Origin: Scenedesmus sp. PABB004
Taxonomy: Eukaryota
Direction of reading: 5' to 3'
NCBI GenBank assembly: GCA_014905635.1
Contig: JABVCE010000010.1
Location: forward strand, 806,001 to 870,000
Length of the DNA stretch: 64,000 bases
In this document: positions 40,056-51,575 of the stretch, one piece after another
How the letters are laid out: each line of letters starts with the position of its first letter
How positions within the stretch are numbered: the first letter of the stretch is position 1
The notes under the pieces: model-generated
The model's input: the letters and a program-made list of their open reading frames with translations, nothing else
What the model was told of the DNA's origin: nothing
Database searches by the model: none
Program-made: the position numbers and the translations under genes

Positions 40056-41427
40056 TCATGACGCCCCCGGCCGCGGCGGCCCGCGCGGCGGCGGCGGCAG
40101 CCGGCGCGGCGCCGCGGGCGCAGCCGCGGGCGCGGCCGCGGCGCCCGGCTGTGGCGGCGCCAGCCGCGCCGCCAGCGACTGCGCCGCGGGCAGCGCGCCG
40201 CGCGGCAGCCAGCCCTCGCGCAGGCTCGCGCCGACGGCGTCGCGCAGGCCCGCCGCCGCCATCGCGGCACGCATGGGCTCGCCGTGGCGGCACAGCAGGG
40301 CGCCGAGCAGCGCAAAGACGTCGTGCAGCACCAGAGCGTTGGTGCCGGGCGCCACGAGGCTCGCGAGCGCGGCCAGCAGCTGCCGCGACGCGAGCTCGGC
40401 GCCCAGGCTGGCGCCCAGCAGCGGCAGCGGCAGCCGCAGCTCCAGGCCGTGCAGCCACAGCAGGCGCTGCAGCGCACTGCGCTGGAGCTGCGGCTCGCCG
40501 CTCGCCAGGTTGCCAAGGCTGCTCATCAGCACCGCCTGCTTGACCAGCAGGGCGACTGCGCGGGGCGGCGGGCGGCGGAGGTGCGTGCGTGGGCGGCGGC
40601 GGCCCGCGCACGCCGGCAGCGCGCAAGCGCGCAGCGAGCAGCGGCGCGGCCCAACGCACACGCGAGCGGCGCGCTGGCGCACAGGACGACGACACCGCTG
40701 GCCCGCCCCAGGCCGTCCCACGGCAGCGCCGCCACGCGCGCCTGCAGCGCCCGCCAGCGCGCGCGCGCCCGGGCGCCCAGGCCCGGCGCGCCGACGCGCG
40801 CGTCGGCGGCGGCGCCGCCGCCATCTGCGGCCGCGCCAGCAGCCGGTGCGGCGCCGCCGGGCGGCCGCAGCGCCGCGGCGTCCGCGCCGCGCAGCTGCGC
40901 GAGCGGGTCGGCGCCCGGGAGGTGCTTGGTCGGCTGGTGCAGCCGCGGCGGCTGCTCCCACGCCCTGCGCCCCGCCGCCGCGCCGGTCGTGCCAAACGCG
41001 CGGCCGCGGGCGCTGAGCGTGGCGCCGCCGTCGCCGCCGTCACCGCGCAAGGGCTGCTGTTGCAACGCCGGCAGGCGCGCTGCGAGCGCCGCCGCCAGGC
41101 TGCGGCGCGGCCAGGCTCGCCGCTGGCAGCGCTGCTCGTGCCGCTGCTGCGCCGGCCACGGCCGCGCGGCGCTCGCGCAGCCGTGGCCGTCGCCACCCCA
41201 TGATTGCTGGCATGCCGGGGCCGCAGGCTGCGCGGCCAATGAGCTCGCCCTGTGCGCGGGCGGCCCGGCGCTTGGTGCGGCAGCAGCGTGTGCGCCGGCG
41301 CGGGCGCGGCGCTCGCCGCAGCTGCGCGGGGCGCACCCCCAGGCACGCACCAGGACTGCAGCTGCTCCAGGGACACGCCTAACAGCGCCCTGCCCCAGCA
41401 GGGCGCGCCCGCCGGGCAGGGCGCCAT
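40056..41427 (-). CDS. Uncharacterised protein with Leu-rich helical C-terminal domain
   Basis: 3 exons in consistent phase: MAPCPAGAPCWGRALLGVSLEQLQS|WASSLAAQ...LPWDGLGRAS|VALLVKQAVLMSSLGNLASGEPQLQRSALQRLLWLH... Confidence 0.55.
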
Positions 41428-41859
41428 CTAGTCCGGCGCCGCCGCCGCCGCGGGAGTGTGTGGCGTGTCTGTCTGCTGGCCGAGTCAGCCGGCTGGACCG
41501 CAGCCAGGTCCACTACGGCAGGCGCTTGATCAGCTGCCGGGCTACCAGGCCTGACGCTCTCCTCGCGCCCGCCGAGCCGCCGCGTGCGGCGGCCTGAGCG
41601 CGGCGCCGCTGGCGCACGATCCTCAGATCCGCTGGACGCTAGCACGCTTGCCGGCCTCCGACCCCGCCCCGGCCGCGCCGTCCCAACCAACAGCAGCGGC
41701 GAAGAGCAGCGGCCGCGCGTCGTCGCACCGTGGCCGGCGCGTGCAGCTTGCCTGACCGCCCTGTCGCGCTCTCGGCGCATTCCCGGTGGTTCCTGCATGC
41801 CGGGTGACCGCTGAGACCGCGGGAGAGGCGGCGGGGCACGCCAGGACGACGCCACGCTG

Positions 41860-44800
41860 ATGATGGAGCTGCTCGCCGACGTGGGGCTCGGCCGCTGTGC
41901 CGCCAGCTGCGCGGCGTGGTGTCCCGTCAACGGCATCGTGGCGGTGGGCTCGCACACGGGCCCGGGCGAGGCCTGCGTGCACCTGCTGTCGGTGCACTGC
42001 CCGAGCCGCAAGGTCGTGCTGCGCGTGCCGCTGGCAGGTGGGCGCCGCCGCTGGATCCGGGGCGGCCGCGCGCCACCGCGGCGCCGCTGTGCCCGGCGCT
42101 CCACCGAGCGCGCTGCTGCGCACGGCGCGGCGCGCCGCCGACGGCCCGCCTGCGCGCTGCTGCCGCGCCCGCGCCCGCGCCCCTTTGCCCGCCGCCGCGC
42201 AGGCCCCGACGACGAGCTGGTCGTGGTGGCCTGGTCGCCGCCGGGCTGCCGGCGCGTGCTGCTGACCGCAACGCGCGCGGGGCGGCTGGGCGCGTGGAGC
42301 CAGACGCCGCCGGAGCCGGGCGCGGCGCAGCAGCAGATCACGCTCGAAGACTGGTGGCCGCACGACGTGGCCGACCTCGGCGCGCCGGCGGCCGCCGCCG
42401 CCGGCGGCGGCGGCAACGACAGCGGCGGCGACGGCGGCGCCGTGCCGCGCCTGGTGTGCGTGCGCTGGCTGGCGCCGCCGCCGGCGTGGCCCTGGAACGC
42501 AGGCGCCGCGAGCGTCGCCGACCTCGCCGGGGCCTCCATCCAAGAGCTCTTCTTGCCCGGCGCCGCAGACGCGGCGCAGCAGCAGCAGCAGCCTGAGCCG
42601 GCAAACCCCTTCCACTGGGTGCGGCCGGGCACGCTCGCACTCGCGGCAGTGCTGTCAGACGGCTCGGCCGTGCTGGCGTGGGCGCAGTGGGCGGCGTACG
42701 GGCAGCTGGCCTGGAGCACGACGGCGCCGGTGCAGCTGGCGCCGCCGGCCGCGCGCGTCGTGGCCGCCGACGCCGCCGCGTGTGCCGACGGTGTCGCAGT
42801 GTGCTTTGCGCTGGCGGACGAGCCGGGCACGCTGCGGCTGGCCACCGTGCTGGGCAGCCCGCCCGTGGCCGCCGCTGCGAGCCCCGAGGCGCCGCCGGCG
42901 CTCGCGCTCGCGCAGCGCGCGCCGCACGCGCTGCACGGCGGCGGCAACGTCACTGGCGTGAGCTGGGACCCGGCCAGCAACGGGACGCGGCTCGCGGTCG
43001 CGACCAGCAGCGGCGACGGCGGCAGCCTGCGCGTGTGCCGCGTTGCAGGCGAGGAGCTGTCTGAGGAGGGCCCAGCGCCCTGCGCCGCAGGCGTGCAGCA
43101 GGCGCAGCTCGCATGGCTCCTGGACGGCCTGGCCGCGTGGTCGGGCGGGCCGGGGCTGGCGCTGCTTACGCTCGGCCCGCTGGCGCCGGCGCCTGGCGGC
43201 ACCGCGACGCCGCCCGTCCGCAGGCGCTGCGCGGCTGGCGGCGCGCGCGCGCTCGTGGCGCTGGCGGCGTCGCCGCACGGCCTGGGCGTCGCCGCGGTGC
43301 TCGCGGGCGGCGGCAGCGGCGGCGGCGGTGGCGCGCCCTGGGCCGCAAGCAGCCGGCTGCTCCTCTTCAACGCGCCGGCGGCAGCAGCGCGGCCTGGCGA
43401 CGGCGGCGACGGCAGCCCCAGCCCCGCGGCGCGGCCCGCCGCCGCGCGGCTGCTGTGGGCGCTGCTGCAGCAGCGCCACAGCTGGGACGCGGTGCAGCAC
43501 GTGGTGTGCGGCGCGGCGCGCGGCGGCGGCGGCGGCGCCGGCGGCACGCGCGTCGTCGACCCTGCGGCGATCGGCGCGGCGCTGAGCATCGTGGACGCGG
43601 CGCTGGCGGTGCAGCCGCCGACGCTCAAGTCCAACTTTTGGGCGCGCTGGGACGTGCTCAAGGTCGCGCTCCTCGCCGCGACGCCGGGCGACCTCGCGCG
43701 CTGCCTGAGCGTCGACCTGCGGCTGCGGCTGCTGAGCCAGATGCTCAAGCCCACGTTTGACGTCATGCGCGAGGCACGGCGGCGGCCCGAGGCGGCGCGG
43801 CGCGCACGCCGGCCGCACGCGCGCGCGCGGCGCTGGCGGGGGCCGCCAGAGCCCCGACGCCGCCCGCCCGCCCGCCCGCCCGCCCGCGCGCCCGGCCGCG
43901 CGCGCAGGACGGCGCGCTGCGGCAGCGCGAGGCGCGGCCCAAGCTGCCCGCGCTCGCGCCGCTGCACGCCTACATGGTGTCGCTCATGTCGTTCCACCTC
44001 GCCTGCCTCAAGACCTGGACCGCGCGGCGCGCGGGGCTGGCGCCGGGCGACGCGGGCGCGGTGCCGTGCGTGCGCCACTTCCTCGACTGGCGGCCCTGCA
44101 ACATCCTGCTCCTGCTGCACTACCTCACCTGCGGCGCGTCGGGGGGCCGGGACGACGCGCTGTACCCCGCGCTAAAGGCCTTCATCAAGGCAGCGCCGCC
44201 AAAGAAGGACGCGCCCTGGGAGGACGCCGTGCGCGGTGCGCAGGGCGGCGCGCGGTCGCGCGCGCGCGCGCGCGGCTGCGGCGCGGCGGCGCGGCGACCG
44301 GGCCCCGCGCGCGCGCCGGCGCTGAGGTCGCGCGCGGCGCGGTGGCGGCGGCCGCCGCCGGCGCGCAGAGCTGTTCCCGGGCCCGCTGCAGCTGCACTTT
44401 GGCGACGCCTTTCCGGAGAGCCTCGGCAGCGTGAGCCTGCCGGCGGGCGCGATGCTGCAGCACATGGCGTCCTGCGCGGTGTGGGAGGCGCAGGCGCCGC
44501 TCACGGACGCGCAGATCACCGCCGCCGCGACGCGGCTCGGCCTGCTGCCGGCGCGGCCGCCCAAGTCCGCGGGTGCGCCGCCGCCGCCGCCGCCGCCGCC
44601 GCCGAGAGCGACGCTGCGGCGCGGCCGCCCCGCTCACGCACGGGCGCCCGCGCCCGCCCGCGCCCGCCCGCGCCCGCCCGCGCCCGCCCGCGCCCGCCCG
44701 CCCGCAGCGCTGTTCACGCGCGAGCTGCAGCTGCACGAGGGCTTCCGGCAGGCGCTGCCGGAGCCGGGCGCCTGCGCCGCGTCGCAGGCGCGCGGCGGCG

Positions 44801-45114
44801 GCGCGGCGCTCAAGCGGCGGCGCTGGGAGGCCGCGCTCGGCGACGCGCTGGGCGACACGCTGGGCCCCGCGGCGGGCGCCGCCGTGGGCGTGATGGACCT
44901 CGCGCACCTGGTGGAGCTGCAGCCGGGCGCGCCAGCGCTGCTGCTGAGCGCCGACGGCTACGCCCTCGCCGGCGCGGCGCTGCCGCCGCTCGGCGAGGAG
45001 GGCGGCACGCGCACCGTGCCGCGCGTGCTCGCGGACCAGTGCAGCCAGGGCTGGACGCTCGCCTGCCCGGTCAGCGGCGAGGTGTGGCTGCGCGCGGGCC
45101 CGCCCGCGTCGTGA
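41860..45114 (+). CDS. MED16: Mediator of RNA polymerase II transcription subunit 16 (SFR6-like)
   Basis: AWSPPGCRRVLLTATRAGRLGAWSQ resembles plant SFR6 WSPTSCPRALLIANFHGRITIWTQ; SWDAV motif; C-terminal WTLACPVSGEVWLR; 5 exons. Confidence 0.8.
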
Positions 45115-45363
45115 CGGGCGGCGGTTGGCGGCGATGTGACGGCCGTCGGTTGCAAGCGCTCCCAATCCCCGTGCCCCCGGTTCCCCAGGCACACACACAC
45201 CCGACCCGCCGCCACGCCGCCACGCACCCCGCGCACCGCCGCTCGCAACAGTACCAGCACCGCTCCCGCCGCTGCGCCGCTGCGCTCGCTTGAGCTCCCC
45301 TGCCGCGCCCGCAATAGCAAGCAGGGGCAGCGGCGGCGGCGGCAGCAGCAGCAGCTCGCAGCC

Positions 45364-47025
45364 ATGGACTGGCTCTTCGGCAAGCGCAAGACGCCGGCAG
45401 GTGCGGCGGCGCCGCGGGCAGCAGAAGCAGCAGCGGCGGGCGGCGCCGTCTTCGCGCCGCCAGGGCCCCGCCGAGCATGGCGAGAGCGCGCAGTGTGTCG
45501 CGGCCGACATGGGGGCTGCGCGCCGCGCCGTCCCGGGGCGCCTGCGCAGAGATCCTGCGCGAAAACAAGCGCATGCTGGACAAGGCCATGCGCGAGCTGG
45601 ACCGCGAGCGCGTGGGGCTGCAGAACCAGGAGAAGAAGACCATCGCGGAGATAAAGAAGATGGCCAAGGAGGGGCAGATGGTGCGCGGGCAGCGGCGGTT
45701 GGCGGCGGCGGCGGCGGCAGCGCGCGCGCGACCCCGCCCGCCGCACCCTTCGCAGGACGCGGTCAAGGTCATGGCCAAGTCGCTCATACGCAACCGGCAC
45801 GCGGTGACCAAGCTGCACGCCCTCAAGTCGCAGCTGCAGGCGGTCTCGTTGCGCATCCAGGCGAGGCGGCACGCTGCGTCCGCGGCGCGCTGCGGCCGCG
45901 CGCCGCGGAGCAGCAGCAGCACCACCAGTGGCACCAGCGGCCCCGCCCACCCCGCCGCCGCTGCCGCCGCCGCCGCCGCAGACGCTCAAGAGCACGCAGT
46001 CGATGGCGGACGCGATGCGCGGCGCGACGCAGGCGCGCCGCCGCCGCCGCCGCCGGCCCTCGCCGCCTGCCCTGCGCCCCCGCACGCTCGCCTCGTACAG
46101 CCCCGCTTGCCTCGGCGCTGACGCCTGCGCACCCGCGCGCCCGCGCACCCACGCACCCACGCACCCAGGCAATGCGGGTGATGAACCGGCGCATGAACCT
46201 GCCCAACATGCAAAAGATCCTCATGGAGTTTGAGCGCCAGAACGAGCGCATGGAGATGACGAGCGACATGATGGGCGACGCCATCGACGACGCGATGGAG
46301 GCGCGGCGCGCGCACACGCGCGCGCGCGGGCGGCCCGCGGCAGCGCGGCGGCCGGCAGCGCGGCGCGGCGGCCGGCAGCGCGGCGCGGCGGCCGGCAGCG
46401 CGGCGCGGCGGCCGGCAGCGCGGCGCGGCGGCCGGCAGCGCGGCCGGCGGCCGCGCGGCAGCTGGCAGACACGGGCCGGCAGCGGCCGGCGCCGTCCTCC
46501 GACGCTGGCCACGCCGCGCCGCCGCCGCCGCCGCCGCCGCCGCCGGTGCCTGCTGCGCCGCGTGCAGGGCGAGGCGGAGGAGGAGGAGACTGACGAGCTG
46601 ATCGGGCAGGTGCTGGACGAGATCGGCATCACCACCACCACGCAGGCACGGCGGCGCGCGGGGGCCCCCGGCGGCTTGCGCGGCGCCCCCGGCAGCGCCG
46701 GCCCCGCACGCGGCAGCGCCGGCCACACGCGCGGCCGCGTCCAGCACAAGCGCGCCCGCCGCCCACGCCGCGCAGCTCGTGTCGGCGCCCGACATGCCCG
46801 TCGCGGCGGCGGCGCCCGCGGCGGCGCTGCCGGCGATGGCGGAGCCCATGGGCGCGGGCGGCGGCGCGGGACCGTCGGCCGCGGCGGGGCCGGGCATCGA
46901 CGAGGACCTGCAGGTGCGCCGAGGGGCGGGGGCGCGGCGCGCGGCGCGCACCGCGCGCCCTGCCGCCCGCCGCCGACGGCGCCGCGCGCCGGCAGGCGCG
47001 GCTGGACAACCTGCGGAAAACCTGA
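45364..47025 (+). CDS. VPS2: ESCRT-III subunit VPS2 / CHMP2A (Snf7 family)
   Basis: 8 exons: MDWLFGKRKTPA|EILRENKRMLDKAMRELDRER...|DAVKVMAKSLIRNR...SLRIQ|TLKSTQSMADAMRGATQ|AMRVMNRRMNLP...|GEAEEEETDELIGQVLDEIG...|...DEDLQ|ARLDNLRKT*. Confidence 0.96.
46341..46444. repeat. 20-bp minisatellite (CGGCGCGGCGGCCGGCAGCG)x5 in VPS2 intron 5
   Basis: Four perfect units 46361-46440 plus one unit with a single mismatch. Confidence 0.9.
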
Positions 47026-47213
47026 GGCCAACGCGCGGCGGGGTCGCGGGGGCTGTACCACCAGGGCTTTGTGCGTCGCGCGCCGCAGCGCGTGAAAAGC
47101 TGAAACGCGCGCCCCCTCCGCCCGAGCCCCCCTCCGCCCCAGCCCGATCGCGTGTGCAGCAGCGACAGCGGGCACAGGCAAGCAGCGAGCGAGCGCGCAG
47201 CAGCAGCAGCAGG

Positions 47214-48662
47214 ATGGCCGCGGCCACCGCCGCCACCACCTCCAAGCCAGTCCTCTACTCCTACCCGCTCGCCTACAACCCAATGAAGGCCGCGCTGGTG
47301 CGTCGGTGGGCCCCACAGAGCGCGGCGGCAGCTGCCGCGCCGGCAGCAGCGAGCGGCGCGCGCCGGTCGCAGCTGCTAGCACCCGCCGGCGCGCCCCCGC
47401 TCGCAGGCGCTGGCCGAGAAGCGCGTGCCGTACGTGTCGCGCACGGTCGACCTGTTCAACGGCGCCTCGCTCTCGCCCGAGTACCTGCGTATCAACCCCG
47501 CGGGCACCGTGCCCACGCTCGTGCTGCCCGACGGCACCACGCTCACCGACAGCAGGCGCGCGCGCGCGCCGCCGCCGCCGCTGCCGCCACCATGCGCCCC
47601 TGCGTGCGGCGCCCAGCGCGTCCTCGGCCCGCGACGCCCCCCGCGCGCTGCGCGCGCTGCGCCGCTCGGGCCGCCAGGGCGATCATGGAGCACGTCAACA
47701 ACCTCGGCGGCGCGCCGCTCGGCGGCGGCGAGGCCGACCAGGCCGCCGCCGCGCGCTGGGTGGACCGCATCGTCGCCTGGGACGGCAACCTCTTTCTGGC
47801 TGCCAACGCCGACCCGAGTGCGCCCGCCCGACGCACCGCGCGGCGCGCCCGCGGCGCGACGCCTGCCGCCCCGCGGGCGGTCCGAGCGCGCCGGCGCGCC
47901 GCCCACGCGCCGCGCGCGGCCCACCCCCGCCGCCGCCGCGCCGCCGCTGCGCAGCCGCGGCGGGCGTGCTGGGCCGGCTGTCGGCGTTCAAGCGCAAGTT
48001 TGCCGAGGCCCGCGCCGCGGAGCACCCCGAGCTCGCCGACACTTACGCCACGAAGATTCAGAGCATGGCCGCAGCGGGTGCGGCGCCCGCCCGCCCGCCC
48101 GCCCGCCCGCCGGCCCCCACGCCACGGCTGCGCGCGCGCGCGCCCACCCGCGCCGCGCGCCGCCGCGCAGACGCGTCCGCGGGAGACGCACCCGCGGTCG
48201 CGGCCAACGAGGCGACGCTGGTCTCGCTGCTGGACGACGCCGAGGCGGCGCTGGCGGCCGGCGGGCCCTGGCTCGCGGGCGCGTACAGCGTGGCGGGTGC
48301 GTGCCGCCGCCACCGCCGCCTCTGCCGCCGCCGCCGCCTCTGTCGCCGCCGCCGCCGCCGCCGCGTTCGCGGGCAGCCGGCGCCTCGCCCCGCCCCGCGC
48401 GCGCCACGCCCGCCGCGCCGCGCCGGCCCCGCGCGCCGCAGACGTGGCGTTCACGCCGCTCCTCTTCCGCCTGGGCATGGCGGGCAAGACGTCGGACTAT
48501 TTGAAGCCCCGGCCCGGGGTGTCGCGCTACTACGACGCGGCCAAGGAGCGCCCGAGCTTTGCGCAGGCGTTCGGCCCGGCCGGCAGCAAGCTCACGCTCG
48601 CGAGCTCGCTGCTGCCCGCGCTGCTCAAGGCGCAGCTGGCGGCATGGACGGGGCGCTACTGA
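47214..48662 (+). CDS. TCHQD: Glutathione S-transferase, TCHQD class
   Basis: LYSYPLAYNPMKAAL|ALAEK...YLRINPAGTVPTL...DS|RAIMEHV...WVDRIVAWDG...KFAEARAAEHPELADTY...WLAGAYSVA|DVAF...RPSF...GRY*; 6 exons. Confidence 0.85.
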   Translation: MAAATAATTSKPVLYSYPLAYNPMKAALVRRWAPQSAAAAAAPAAASGARRSQLLAPAGAPPLAGAGREARAVRVAHGRPVQRRLALARVPAYQPRGHRAHARAARRHHAHRQQARARAAAAAAATMRPCVRRPARPRPATPPARCARCAARAARAIMEHVNNLGGAPLGGGEADQAAAARWVDRIVAWDGNLFLAANADPSAPARRTARRARGATPAAPRAVRARRRAAHAPRAAHPRRRRAAAAQPRRACWAGCRRSSASLPRPAPRSTPSSPTLTPRRFRAWPQRVRRPPARPPARRPPRHGCARARPPAPRAAAQTRPRETHPRSRPTRRRWSRCWTTPRRRWRPAGPGSRARTAWRVRAAATAASAAAAASVAAAAAAAFAGSRRLAPPRARHARRAAPAPRAADVAFTPLLFRLGMAGKTSDYLKPRPGVSRYYDAAKERPSFAQAFGPAGSKLTLASSLLPALLKAQLAAWTGRY

Positions 48663-48958
48663 GCGCGTGCGGCGCGCGCGGCGGCGGCTGACCGGCTGGC
48701 CGGCGGGCTGGGCGGGGAACCTGGGGGCGGCGGCGTTGAGGAGAGTCGACTTGGGGAGGGGTGCCGCGCGCTGCAAACGCGCCGGGGGAACGTGTCGGGC
48801 CCACTTCGTAACGCACGAGTTGCCTGGCGGCGGCGGCCGCCGCGCGGGCGCGCCCCCGCGCGACCGCCCCCGCCGGCGGCGGCAGTCCCCGGCTGCTTCT
48901 GCAGCAGCGGGGCGGGCCCAGGGCGGAGCCAGACTAGCGCGGCGCGGCAGCAGCGCAC

Positions 48959-50720
48959 TCACTTGACGCTGGTGCTCAGCGCGGTGCCGAGCGTCAGCAG
49001 CACCTCAGCCTGGGCGTACCCAAACGGCTCCGCCGCCGCGGTCAGGGCCGCGACGCGCGCCTTGCGCAGGCCTGGACGGTCGAGGTTGCTGAGCACCCAC
49101 GCGTCCAGCTCCGCCGCCGCGGGGCGCAGCACCGCCTCGGCGCCTGCGCGACGCGCGGGGCGCGTGCGCGCGGTGTGTGGCGGCGCCCGGCGGCGGCGCC
49201 CGGCGGCGGCGCCCGGCGGCGGCGGCGCGACGCGGGCGCATGCGGGTGCGGCACCGTCGCTGCGGCAGGCTTCCGCGCCGCGGCGCACCGTCGCCGCCGT
49301 GCTGGAGGCTCGGGAGCTGCCGCAGGCCGCCGCGGCGGTCGGACGACGGCCCAGGCGCGGCGGCGCCGTCGCCATCGCCGCCGCCCTCGGCCACGTCGCG
49401 CAGCGCGGCGCGCAGCGCCGCCTGCATTTCCGCCTGGCTCAGCGCTGGGAGCGACCGGCCGTGCGCCGCGATCTCTGCGAGCGCCACCGGGCTCCGCCCG
49501 GGGTTGGCAAAGTCCATGTGCAGCGAGCCGTGCTGATGGTTGTAGTTGAAGGCCGAGGACGCGACGGCCGCCGGCGCGGCGCCGTCCCTGCGGCCGGCGG
49601 CGCCGGTTGGCGCGGCGGCGGCGGCGGCGGCGGCGGCGGCCCGGGGCGCGGCGCGGCGCGCGCGGCGCGCACAGGTGTGCCTGCAGCGAGATGCCCTCGA
49701 GCAGCGTCACGCCGTCCAGGCGGCACAGGTTGTACGCCTGGCCCCCGGCACGCGGGCGCGCGGGCGGGGCGGGGGCGGGGGCGTGGGCACGCAGCGCCGG
49801 CTGCGCCGCCCGCCGCGCGCACGGCGCGGTCAGCCCGGCTGGCTGCCTTGCGCGACCGGCTCACCCCCTCGGTCTCGTGCATGCGCTGCTGCAGCGCAGG
49901 CGTGAGGTACGTCACAAACACCGCCACGTCGGTGCCGGGCGACGCCTCGAGCCTGCCGGCGCAACGGCGCGCGGCGGCGGGCGCGCAGCGGCGGGCGCGC
50001 GTGGGCGCGGGCGCGGGCAGCGCTGCGCGCGCGCCACCCTTGGCGCGCCCCGGGCCGTCGCCGCCGCGCACGTTGCAGTGGCGGAGCCATACGACGATAT
50101 GAGGGGCGCATACACGACATCAAACCCACGCAGCACGCACTGCACGACCTGCAGGCAGGGCAGCGCTGGGCGCGGCGCCGCCGGCGCCGCGGCCGGCGCG
50201 GGCGCGGCGCGCGCGTGCGCACCGGCACGACGACGCCGTCGGGAAAAAGCTCTCCCGGGAACTTGCGCGCCAGCTGCTCCGGGCCCGCGTTGCTCCCGAT
50301 CGCGAGGATCGGCGTCAGCGGCGCGCCGGGCGGCAGCGCCGACCGCGGCGCCACGCCGCGCGTCGCGAGCGCGTCGGCCAGGCTGCCCGCCGCGCCGCCC
50401 GGGCCCGTCACGCGCAGGCCGAGCAGCGGCTCCAGCGACCCGCCCCACGCGGCGGGCGGCTGCCAGTCAGAGTCGTTAAACGTGAGCGCGGCGGGGCCGC
50501 CGGCGCCGCCGTTGACAAACACAAAGCTCCGGTCGGGCCGCGGATACGGGTACCCGAGCGCGCGCGCCACGCGCTGCGCGGTCGTCTCGCACCGCACGAC
50601 CATGGCGGCCGCCCGGCGCACGCCGCTGCCAGCAGCGCGCGCCGCCGCGGCCGGGCGGCGACGCGTGCTCCCGTTGCTGCTGCTGCTGGCCCACGCGCTG
50701 CGCATCAGGCTGCCGCGCAT
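48959..50720 (-). CDS. Uncharacterised, probably plastid-targeted protein with a gamma-glutamylcyclotransferase-like motif
   Basis: Transit-peptide-like start ending VVRC; RALGYPYPRPDRSFVF; PILAIGSNAGPEQLARKF; LRGFDVVYAPLISSYGSATAT; QRMHETEG|AYNL; splice phases consistent. Confidence 0.65.
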
Positions 50721-51575
50721 GGGGCGGGCCGAGCAGGCCCGGACGCGGCGCTCCTGGAGCTGTTGGCCGCGACAGTCGCTGCTGCTGCTGCGGCGGCCGC
50801 TGCTGCGACTGCTGCTCAGCCGCGACTGCTGCTCAGCCGGTGGTGGCGCGAGGACGGCTTGGGAGGACGGCACGGAGCTGGAGCGTGAGAGCTGAAGAGC
50901 GCGGCGGCGGCAGCGGTTTAAGCAACACAGCGGCGAAGGAGGTGGCCGACGACCCGTGCCCCGCCCGTCGTCTGCGCGTTGCCGACCCAGCGGCCGCGCT
51001 CGACGCAACCAACCAACCATTAAACAGGGGGGACCGCCCCGCGGCGCCCGCCCGGGCCTGGCCGCCGTAGCTTGCAGGACAGTGCTGCGCCGCGCGCCGC
51101 GGGGGCGCGCGGGCCGAGTCAGGGGCAGCGGCTGCACAGGGGAACGCTGCGTGCGTGGCCGGGAGGGTGAGCAGCAGCAGGGCGCGCGCGCCCAGAGTGC
51201 AGCACGCACACACGACGACAGGTCAGGGTCAGAGCAAGCGGGGCCGGGCGAGCCAGGGCGGGCCGGGCGCTGCAGGGGGCGAACCAAATGACAGAGAGAG
51301 ACAAGACAGGCGGGGGCAAGCATGCGGCGGGCGCCCGGTGAGCAAAGCGGGTGTGCGGGCTGCGTCAATGTACAGGCACTCGCTGTCTGTGCTTTGCTGT
51401 GGCACCGGGCGGGCCGCCGCCCCTCCAGGGCGCGCTGCAGCGCCCAACACACGACTACTACACGCAGCCGCGCGGCGGGGGCCGGCGATGCGCCGGCCGG
51501 CGATGCGCCGGCCCCCGCGCGCAGCAGCCTGCGGCCGCTGCCGGCCGGCACGCGCCGGCGGCGGCGGCGGCGCGC

